In this document: positions 48,461 through 64,000 of the stretch, piece by piece
Position numbering within the stretch: position 1 is the first letter of the stretch
How the letters are laid out: each line of letters starts with the position of its first letter
Origin: an uncultured Phycisphaerales bacterium
GTDB taxonomy: Bacteria; Planctomycetota; Phycisphaerae; Phycisphaerales; SM1A02
Direction: 5' to 3'
Length of the DNA: 64,000 nt
Assembly (NCBI GenBank): GCA_938084645.1
Contig: CALKEP010000004.1
Location: forward strand, 32,001 to 96,000
Position numbers and translations under genes: made by a program
Notes under the pieces: generated by a model
The model's database searches: none
Told to the model about the DNA's origin: nothing
Seen by the model: the letters and a program-made list of their open reading frames with translations, nothing else

Positions 48461-48802
48461 CGGACGGGCATCTCCTGCGTTCGTCTGGCTCCATCACGGC
48501 GACCGGCCGGGGGCGGAGCGAGGGTCTCGAAGCGGGATGGTAGCAGCCACTCGACGTCGATTCCGTCGCGGCACCCCCCTTCGCGAGGTGCTGGAGCGGG
48601 AATCGATCCCCGGAAAGAAAATTCGTCGATTCGACGATCCCGAACCGCGGACCGACGTAGCAGCCGGGTCATGTCCGCGCTCACCATTCATCCCGTCGCA
48701 CCGTCCTGCGAACTCCTCGAGTTCTGCGGACGACTTGCGCGGATGACGCCGACGGCCCTCGGAGGCCGGGTTTCGGGTAGGGTTCCCCGCCGGAGCCATG
48801 CG

Positions 48803-49468
48803 TTGACCGATTCCCAAGAGGCCCATCTCGACGCCGTTCCCGCCCCCGGTGACGCCCAACGAACCGACGAGGAACTCCTCGTGGCGTACCGCACGGGGGA
48901 TCGCGCGGCCTTCGCCGCCCTCGTCGAGCGCTACCGCAACGACCTCGTCCAGTTCCTCCATCGATTCCTGAGCTCGCGTGCCGCGGCTGAAGACGTCTTC
49001 CAGGACGCCTTCCTCCAGGTGCACCTGTCCGCCGATTCCTTCGATGCCGACCGCCGGTTCAAGCCGTGGCTCTACACCATCGCCGCGAACAAGGCCCGGG
49101 ACTTCCATCGAAAGCGGAAGCGCCGCGCCGCCGCGAGCCTGTCGGCTCCGGTCGGTGGTGCGGATGGCCGAGAGACGTCCCTCGTCGATCTGCTCGAGGG
49201 CCCGACCGAGGAGGTCGACGCCGGACTCATCGAGTCCGAGCGGCAGCAGATGGTCAAGGATGTGGTGGATGCCATGCCGGCCCACTATCGAGAGATTCTC
49301 CTTCTGAGCTACTTCCAGAAGCTCAGCTACAACCAGATCGCGGATTCGCTCCAGATCCCGCTCGGCACCGTCAAGAGCCGGCTCCACGCCTCCGTCGCGA
49401 ACTTCGCCGACGCGTGGAAGACGGCGGTCGAGCGACAGAAGCAGCGGACGCGCGGCGATCACAACTGA
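48803..49468 (+). CDS. ECF RNA polymerase sigma factor
   Basis: 'AEDVFQDAF', 'FKPWLYTIAAN', 'YNQIADSLQIPLGTVKSRLH'; TTG 48803 with GGAG SD (alternative ATG 48671). Confidence 0.92.
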   Translation: MTDSQEAHLDAVPAPGDAQRTDEELLVAYRTGDRAAFAALVERYRNDLVQFLHRFLSSRAAAEDVFQDAFLQVHLSADSFDADRRFKPWLYTIAANKARDFHRKRKRRAAASLSAPVGGADGRETSLVDLLEGPTEEVDAGLIESERQQMVKDVVDAMPAHYREILLLSYFQKLSYNQIADSLQIPLGTVKSRLHASVANFADAWKTAVERQKQRTRGDHN

Positions 49469-49507
49469 CCGAGTCTCGGCGGGTCGCCGGACGTCGAGGA
49501 ACATGCA

Positions 49508-50515
49508 GTGTTTCGGAATCGAATGCCCATGAATGACCCCAGCGACATCGGCAGGAACCCCCACCGCGATCCGGAGACCTCGACCCGGATCGCCTCCCTC
49601 TCCGAACCCGACCAGGCCACGGTCGACCGCCTCTTCGAGGATGGTTTCGACGCCGACACGACGGGCGGAGGCGACCCTCGGGAGGATGCCTTGAGATCGC
49701 TCCTCGGAAATCTCGAGGCCTACCCGACCGAATCCTCATCGGACGCACTGGTCGACGCCACCCTCGCCGGCATCGATCGCCACGAGTCCGCCCGGGAACA
49801 GCGATTCTCGATGCCTGCCCAGGACGAGCGCGCCCCTCGGGGAATCCACCTTCCGAACTTCTTCGCCGTCGCCGCCTCCCTCTTCCTCGCCGTCGGCATC
49901 GGGGTCCCGCTCTTCGAGACGATCCGCGACCACGAGCAGATCACGATGTCGCAGCATCGGCAGCGGAACCTCGGCCAGGCCATCGCGGGCTTCTCCCTGG
50001 ACAACGGCGGATCCATGCCGTTGCTCGACGACGCCCGAAGCCAGCGCGAATCCCCGCTGCACGCCCAGGTCTACTCCAGGAATCTCCGTCCACTGGTGGA
50101 TGGCGAACGCTGCGAGGCGGGGCTGCTCGAGTCCGGCGTCGACGGGGACACGATTCCGATGGTCTCCTACCGGGTGTTCGTGAGCAGCGAGGACTTCAGG
50201 CTGGCGGATCTCGCACCCGACGAAGCCCTCACGGCGGATCCCAACCCCGTGATCGAATCGTTTCGGGCCGGCGGACGCCGAACCCACCATCTCGTCGGTG
50301 CCCGACGTCACGACGGGGACGGCATCGTGATCTGCCGGGTCGATCTTTCGACCCCGTTCCTGGCCCGGCCCGTCGACCTCGATCTCGACGTCGATGCAAG
50401 TGGCCGCACTCGCCCTGCGGTGGACCCCATCTGGGTCGCGGACGGGTACCAGCATGAGCTTTCCGCGGGAATCGGCTGGCCGAACCTTCGCCACGACGAC
50501 GTCCTGGCCCACTGA
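49508..50515 (+). CDS. putative single-TM anti-sigma factor
   Basis: follows the ECF; cytoplasmic N-terminus, TM 'FFAVAASLFLAVGIGVP', periplasmic C-terminus. Confidence 0.65.
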   Translation: MFRNRMPMNDPSDIGRNPHRDPETSTRIASLSEPDQATVDRLFEDGFDADTTGGGDPREDALRSLLGNLEAYPTESSSDALVDATLAGIDRHESAREQRFSMPAQDERAPRGIHLPNFFAVAASLFLAVGIGVPLFETIRDHEQITMSQHRQRNLGQAIAGFSLDNGGSMPLLDDARSQRESPLHAQVYSRNLRPLVDGERCEAGLLESGVDGDTIPMVSYRVFVSSEDFRLADLAPDEALTADPNPVIESFRAGGRRTHHLVGARRHDGDGIVICRVDLSTPFLARPVDLDLDVDASGRTRPAVDPIWVADGYQHELSAGIGWPNLRHDDVLAH

Positions 50516-50702
50516 ATCGAACGCGGCCCCGGAATCAACGACACGAAGGTCGTTGATTCGCCAGCGGAAGAATCTTGAATTTTGGACAGAATGTCCGAAT
50601 ATCGCCCCGCCTCAGGCCTTGGCGCAACCGCACGGGGTGGGCTATCATCCTCGATTCGCTCGCGTCGACGCAATCTTCCCCGATGTCTCCCCCCGGTGCC
50701 GC

Positions 50703-50957
50703 ATGCCCAAAAGCAAGTCCCACAAAGGTCTTCTGAAGCGGATCAAGATCACGAAGTCGGGCAAGATCCGATTTCGTCGTCCGCACAGCCGCCACATCAA
50801 GAGCAACAAGACCGGCGAGCAGGTCCGCGGCTATCGCCGCCCCCGCTACGCACGCTCCGGAGACATGGGCCGCTTCGGCAAACTTCTCTTCCGACCGCTT
50901 CGGTCGCAGGAGAAATCGGCCGCGGACGCGGCGGCTGTCGACCAGAGTTCCGATTGA
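50703..50957 (+). CDS. rpmI: 50S ribosomal protein L35
   Basis: 'MPKSKSHKGLLKRIKITKSGK'; short C-terminal extension. Confidence 0.92.
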   Translation: MPKSKSHKGLLKRIKITKSGKIRFRRPHSRHIKSNKTGEQVRGYRRPRYARSGDMGRFGKLLFRPLRSQEKSAADAAAVDQSSD

Positions 50958-51094
50958 CGCCGAGCTAGTCGTTCTTCCCGGTTCCAACCGGCTGATCGCA
51001 GTCGCCTGGAATCACCATCCCACACCAGGATTCGCCCGTCGGGCCTGAAGTGTCTCCATCAGGAGGCCCCCGCCGAGGCAGTCAGGAGAGAGCC

Positions 51095-51463
51095 ATGCCA
51101 CGAGTTCGCAAGGGTGCGGCCCGTACCAAGGCCAGACGTCGGACACTGCGGAAAGCCCGCGGTTACTACGGAACCAAGAGTCGCCACAAGCAGCAGGCGA
51201 AGGTCGCATTGATGCGGGCCGGTCGGTTCGCGTTCCGCGATCGCCGAACCCGCAAGCGCGACTATCGCCGTCTCTGGATCACCCGCATCACGGCCGCATG
51301 CCGGATGCGTGGAACCCGCTACAGCGTCTTCATGAACGGGCTGCAGCGGGCCGGCGTCCTCCTGAACCGGAAGATGCTGAGCCAGATCGCGATCGAGGAT
51401 CCGTCGACCTTCGACGCCCTCGTCGAGACGGCCAACGCCAACGCCGCCGCCAACGCGGCCTGA
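51095..51463 (+). CDS. rplT: 50S ribosomal protein L20
   Basis: 'MPRVRKG', '[18 protein letters not shown]', '[10 protein letters not shown]'; AGGAG SD. Confidence 0.97.
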   Translation: MPRVRKGAARTKARRRTLRKARGYYGTKSRHKQQAKVALMRAGRFAFRDRRTRKRDYRRLWITRITAACRMRGTRYSVFMNGLQRAGVLLNRKMLSQIAIEDPSTFDALVETANANAAANAA

Positions 51464-51599
51464 TCGCCTTCACCGGATCGGATCCGCCAACGCGTGGACC
51501 GATCTCCTGCGGCCCTCTCCCCCACGGGGTGTGCCGCGACACCATCACGCCGCCCCCACCGACACGTCGGTGGGAACGGCTGGTCGAGGACAGAACTGG

Positions 51600-55448
<3,849 letters not shown>

Positions 55449-55518
55449 CCGATCCCGGCTCCGAACGTCCCCTTCCAACCACATTCGCAGCAACCCGCCT
55501 GCGGGAGTACGACCGAAC

Positions 55519-59919
<4,401 letters not shown>

Positions 59920-59956
59920 TCTCGGCGACGGGCTTCCCAATCACCAGCGAGAACCC

Positions 59957-59985
59957 AGCCCCCGGCCTTTCGGCCGGGGGCTTTT
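59957..59985 (+). terminator. intrinsic terminator of rpoBC
   Basis: AGCCCCCGGCC-TTTC-GGCCGGGGGCT-TTT, perfect 11-bp stem about 37 nt after the rpoC stop. Confidence 0.9.
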
Positions 59986-60048
59986 CGCTCGTTCAAGTCG
60001 CATTCGGAACATGACCGCGGCGATCCACCGGCGCCGGGGCGCCGGGCT

Positions 60049-60552
60049 TCAGCCCGCGTCGACCCGCCCGGACAGGACCTCCTGCAGCATCATCCGCCAC
60101 TCACCGTAGACGTATGGAACGTCATGCTCGTCGTGGATCGCGCGGATCCGCTCGTGGGCCCGTTCCGCGAGCATCGGGACCACGTCGTTCGCCCGCGGAT
60201 CGCAGAAGTACACCCGGCATCCCGAGGGCCGTCCCGATCTCGCCGTGCAGAGGCGACCATCCTGCCACGGGCAGTTCCCGCGTTCCAGCGAGGACGCCAC
60301 GTCGGCGACCGTGATCCCCCGGCCCTCCGCCTCGCAGATCTTCACGCACCGCGCGACTTCGAGACCGCTGGCATAGAGCCGGTGCCCGTGCGCTTCGAAT
60401 CGGCAGCAGTTGCCGCTGGCCAGGCAGAGCGGCCCGACCTCCCGGATCGCCTCCGCGATCTCCAGGTGCACGGACTCGATCGCCGTCGCCACCTCGGGTC
60501 GGGCCCCCGCGGCGAACCAGGCCTCCACCGTCTCGGACGACGCCGCACTCAC
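60049..60552 (-). CDS. YkgJ-like cysteine-cluster protein
   Basis: 'CLASGNCC', 'CPW...C...RPSGCRVYFC'; GTGA overlap with the upstream gene. Confidence 0.8.
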   Translation of the reverse strand: MSAASSETVEAWFAAGARPEVATAIESVHLEIAEAIREVGPLCLASGNCCRFEAHGHRLYASGLEVARCVKICEAEGRGITVADVASSLERGNCPWQDGRLCTARSGRPSGCRVYFCDPRANDVVPMLAERAHERIRAIHDEHDVPYVYGEWRMMLQEVLSGRVDAG

Positions 60553-61049
60553 CAGGGCTTGCCTTCCGACTCGCGCTGCTCGACCAGTCGCTCCACGATC
60601 GACTCCACGGTGAAGAGCTCGCCGTTCCCCATTCCGGGGCACGGCGTGTTCTTCTTCATCCGGTTCCACGCCCGCTCGTTCCGCAGGACCTCCGGCCAGA
60701 ACGGCCACGTCCGGCATTGGACCGGCCGGACCTCGTAGAGTCCGCAGATCGCCTTCCCCGGAACGGTGTCGCGATCAAGAAAGACGCAGTCGTAGCCGTG
60801 CTCGGTGTCGATCTCGTTCAGCGAGCGATGCCCGTCGATCACCCGGGTGTGGCGAACGAGGAACTCGGGGTAGTCCATGCCGAGATGCGCGGCCATGGCC
60901 CTGCCCTCGTCGTCGTCGAACCAGACGGCGCCCTCGCCGCCGGTGCAGCAGTTGCCGCAACAGGTGCACTCGAATCGGAGACCGTCCTCGTACCAGGGAC
61001 CGGTACCGCCGGAGGGCCGTCGCGTCGTGTTCGATTCGTCGCTGGCCAT
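60549..61049 (-). CDS. YkgJ family CxxCxxCC cysteine-cluster protein
   Basis: 'WYEDGLRFECTCCGNCC', 'DCVFL', 'CGLYEVRPVQCRTWPFW', 'CPGMG'. Confidence 0.9.
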   Translation of the reverse strand: MASDESNTTRRPSGGTGPWYEDGLRFECTCCGNCCTGGEGAVWFDDDEGRAMAAHLGMDYPEFLVRHTRVIDGHRSLNEIDTEHGYDCVFLDRDTVPGKAICGLYEVRPVQCRTWPFWPEVLRNERAWNRMKKNTPCPGMGNGELFTVESIVERLVEQRESEGKPW

Positions 61050-61095
61050 GTGTCGCCGACTCCTCTCGTGCGGTCTTCGAACCCCTGCCGCGCCT

Positions 61096-62157
61096 TCAGT
61101 TCGAAAGCCGACCGCCGGGCGTTCCCCATGAATCGCCCGAGCCGCCGGAATCACGCGGGCCGGCCGAGCCACCCGGTTCGTCGGGGGCCTCGCCCTCACC
61201 CCACTCGTCGATCACGATCGAATGCACCTCGGTCCGACCGTGACGGGGCGAGAGTTCGGCGAGTTCGTCCGGCCGTTCATCATGAGCGACCCGTTCGATC
61301 GAGTACATCGCCGCCATGATCCAGTCACCGCTTCCCTCGACCGCGGCCTCCACCAGTTCCTCGGCTTCGTCGAGACTCCGGGCGGTCGCCCAGATCGAGA
61401 TGTACGCGCCACCGGACTTCGGCTCCGCCGGATCGGCCATCGCGATGGCGTGCCAGAGCGTGTGTCCGAGCTCGCGCCCGCCGTCGTCGACGTTCGAACT
61501 CGGATCGACGTCGAGCTGGAGGCCCCAGTCCGCCCGCAGCTGCAGCAGCAGTTCGTCGAGATCCGGCGAATGCTCGTCCTCCATCACGAGGATCTCCCGC
61601 ATCCGGTACGGCGGATCGATCTCGTCGAAGGCGTCCTCGAGCCAGATGCGCGACACCGTGCCCAGGCCGTGTCGTTCGAGAATCGACTCGACATCGTCCC
61701 GGAGGTCGGTCTGGCAGTGGATCGTGATGGTCTTCCAGGCGTCGAGGAACACCTCGAGAAACGGCTCCTCCGCGGTGGCGCCGACACCGAGCGAGACCTC
61801 TTCCAGCAGGATCGGTTCGAAGTCGTTCCAGGTCCGCATGAAGTCGTCGATGAAGACCGGTTCCCCCGCCATGTACACATCGATCGACCGATACGCGTCC
61901 ACGGAACCGATCTCCACCACCGGCGCCACCTCGCCCGGCAGCAGTTCGAAGAGGTCCAGCAGCAGCGGACGAAGCCCCTCGTGGCTCGTCGCGACCTGGA
62001 AGGCGTAGGTGTCGGGCTCCTCGCCCTCGCTCGCCACGAAGTCGACCAGGTATCCCTGTAGCGGTGGCGGCGCGTCGAGCCGCTCGACGCCGAGCGGGAG
62101 GGCGTACCCGTCCAGCACCACGCGCTGAAGATCAGATCGAAGCTTGAAGTCCCGCAT
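61096..62157 (-). CDS. acidic hypothetical protein
   Basis: long ORF with strong codon bias; TACAAT 7 nt upstream of ATG 62157. Confidence 0.75.
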   Translation of the reverse strand: MRDFKLRSDLQRVVLDGYALPLGVERLDAPPPLQGYLVDFVASEGEEPDTYAFQVATSHEGLRPLLLDLFELLPGEVAPVVEIGSVDAYRSIDVYMAGEPVFIDDFMRTWNDFEPILLEEVSLGVGATAEEPFLEVFLDAWKTITIHCQTDLRDDVESILERHGLGTVSRIWLEDAFDEIDPPYRMREILVMEDEHSPDLDELLLQLRADWGLQLDVDPSSNVDDGGRELGHTLWHAIAMADPAEPKSGGAYISIWATARSLDEAEELVEAAVEGSGDWIMAAMYSIERVAHDERPDELAELSPRHGRTEVHSIVIDEWGEGEAPDEPGGSAGPRDSGGSGDSWGTPGGRLSN

Positions 62158-62282
62158 CGTCTTCATTGTATCGGCGTGCGAGCCCCCGCCGCCCGCGATG
62201 CACGACGTGAAATCGGGGTATATTCCGACCTGCAGGTCCGGCCCTGAAGGCACGGGCGACTCGATCACGGAGATCCGACCGC

Positions 62283-64000
62283 ATGAGCGAACGCGCCCAC
62301 TGGGGAAGCAGGACCGGATTCATCCTCGCCGCCGCGGGCTCCGCGGTCGGGCTGGGGAACATCTGGAAGTTCCCCTACATCACCGGGACCAACGGCGGCG
62401 GCTGGTTCGTCCTCATCTATCTCGCGTGCATCGTCCTGGTGGGTCTGCCGATCCTCGTCGCGGAGATCATGATCGGCCGTGCCGCCCAGGCCCAGCCGGT
62501 GGTCGCCTTCGAACGCCTGAAGGGGCGTGCGTCCGGCTGGTCGGTGATCGGTTGGATGGGCATCGTCGCATCCTTCCTCATCCTGAGCTTCTACATCGTG
62601 GTGGCCGGGTGGTCGATGGACTACACCGTCAAGCACCTCGTCGACTTCGGCAAGCCCATCCGCGAACAGGCGGTCGCCGAGAGCATGGCGTACGAAGCCG
62701 TCGCGAGCACCGAGGCGATGCGGGCCGATCTCGTGGACGCCCGCGCCTCCCGGATCGCGGACCGACGGATCGACGTGCTGGAAGCCCGCGTCTCGCCGGG
62801 AACCCTCGCGCTCCACGCGGAATTCGTCGCCGCGATGTCGGGCACCGAGGATTCCGGCGTCTCCGCGGATGTTCGTCGCGAACGACTGCGAAGCGATCCC
62901 GAGATCCGCGCCGCGGTCGACGCGGTCGAGGCGATGGCCCCGGCGATGGCGGAGGCTCGTGCATCGGCCATGGTGGAGGCGAAAGCGGAGTTCGCCGGCC
63001 TCACCGACGAGGAGATCCGTCACCGGGCGACCGAACAGCGACGCCGGAACCTGATCGGCGACCGGATGGGCGAACGATTCGGTGCGCTCGCGACCGATGG
63101 CTGGACGGGCACGTTCTGGGCCGCGGTGTTCATGTTCGTGACCATGACGATCGTCGCCGCCGGCGTCGGACGTGGCATCGAGGCCGCCTGTCGGGTGCTG
63201 ATGCCGCTGCTCATCGTGATGATCATCGGGATGGTGCTGTTCGCCGCGACGCTTCCCGGGTTCTCGGAGGGCCTGTCCTTCGTCTTCAAGCCCGACGCCT
63301 CGGCCCTCAAGCCGTCCGGCGTGCTCGAAGCGCTGGGCCACGCGTTCTTCACGCTGTCCCTCGGCATGGGCGCCCTGATCACCTACGGCTCGTACCAGAA
63401 GCGCGGCACGCCGCTCTTCGGGCAGGCGGCATGGATCGCGGGACTCGACACCGGCATCGCCCTGCTCGCGTGCATGATGATGTTCCCGATCGTGTTCAGC
63501 TTCGGGCAGGACCCCGCCGCCGGACCGGGTCTGGTCTTCATCTCGATGCCGCTCGCCTTCGCGGAGATGGGGTCCGGGGGCATCCTTCTCGGCGCCGTGT
63601 TCTTCTTCCTGCTCTCGATCGCCGCCCTGACCAGCGCCATCTCGCTGCTGGAAGTCGCGGCGAGCTACTTCATCGACCGCTGGAACTGGTCGCGCCCGAA
63701 GGCCGCGATCATCATCGGCTCGACGATCTTCGCGGTCGGCGTGCTGGTCGCCTTCAGCATGTCGGAGGGCTTCCTCCTCGCGTCGTGGACCGCGGGCTTC
63801 GGCATGAGCCTCTTCGACACCTTCGACTTCATCGCGAGCAACTGGCTGCTCCCCGCGGGCGGCCTCCTGATCGCGATCTACGCCGGCTGGTTCCTGCCCG
63901 CCAAGGTCCGGAACAGCGAACTCGCCGGCCACGGTTCGGCGATGATCCTCGGCTGGCTGTTCCTGCTCCGCTTCGTCGCCCCCGGCATGGTCCTGCTCGT
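62283..64000 (+). CDS. sodium-dependent transporter (NSS/SLC6 family), runs off the window end
   Basis: own translation: 'WGSRTGFILAAAGSAVGLGNIWKFPY', 'GHAFFTLSLGMG', 'GPGLVF', 'AALTSAISLLE'; absent from the ORF track because there is no stop in the window. Confidence 0.95.
   Translation, partial: MSERAHWGSRTGFILAAAGSAVGLGNIWKFPYITGTNGGGWFVLIYLACIVLVGLPILVAEIMIGRAAQAQPVVAFERLKGRASGWSVIGWMGIVASFLILSFYIVVAGWSMDYTVKHLVDFGKPIREQAVAESMAYEAVASTEAMRADLVDARASRIADRRIDVLEARVSPGTLALHAEFVAAMSGTEDSGVSADVRRERLRSDPEIRAAVDAVEAMAPAMAEARASAMVEAKAEFAGLTDEEIRHRATEQRRRNLIGDRMGERFGALATDGWTGTFWAAVFMFVTMTIVAAGVGRGIEAACRVLMPLLIVMIIGMVLFAATLPGFSEGLSFVFKPDASALKPSGVLEALGHAFFTLSLGMGALITYGSYQKRGTPLFGQAAWIAGLDTGIALLACMMMFPIVFSFGQDPAAGPGLVFISMPLAFAEMGSGGILLGAVFFFLLSIAALTSAISLLEVAASYFIDRWNWSRPKAAIIIGSTIFAVGVLVAFSMSEGFLLASWTAGFGMSLFDTFDFIASNWLLPAGGLLIAIYAGWFLPAKVRNSELAGHGSAMILGWLFLLRFVAPGMVLL

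Noticed and set aside
50958..51094. L20-binding leader or RNA gene in the rpmI-rplT spacer
   Set aside because: No recognisable consensus or tRNA cloverleaf; cannot be supported without a covariance model search
62265..63932. 555-aa minus-strand ORF at the window end
   Set aside because: Antisense to the clearly recognisable NSS transporter on the plus strand

Overview
High-GC (roughly two-thirds G+C) bacterial chromosomal segment, gene-dense with about 51 CDS. It is most consistent with a planctomycete, probably Phycisphaerae; this is inferred from the RpoB/RpoC sequence style, the short PheT, hopanoid hpnH and a DUF1559-like motif, and was not database-checked. Contents in order: TetR-RND efflux operon; an uncharacterised catabolic cluster (enolase-superfamily enzyme, atypical old yellow enzyme, NRAMP-like carrier lacking the metal motif, DUF993); ThrE and MltA; a MacB-type ABC transporter divergent from a ZnuA-type binding protein; a polyamine cluster (deoxyhypusine-synthase-like, speB, speA) with ClC and HdeD; an HscA-like Hsp70; an ECF sigma factor overlapped by a small ORF; pheT operon; secreted protease, VCBS protein and PhoX; citrate synthase; rhomboid-trpF; RdgC-like; hpnH; an ECF sigma/anti-sigma pair; rpmI-rplT followed directly by rpoB-rpoC; tandem YkgJ proteins; and a truncated NSS transporter. 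No rRNA, tRNA, CRISPR array or mobile element was seen. The most notable signals are: a recurring TAnnnT box 5-7 nt before start codons (leaderless architecture); a 215-nt overlapping ORF in the tail of an ECF gene; a degenerate duplicate of the hpnH 3' end flanking an NTF2 gene; the rplT-rpoB junction with a 15-aa RpoB insertion; and the orphan catabolic operon. Many starts were re-called from the ORF track by eye and are approximate.
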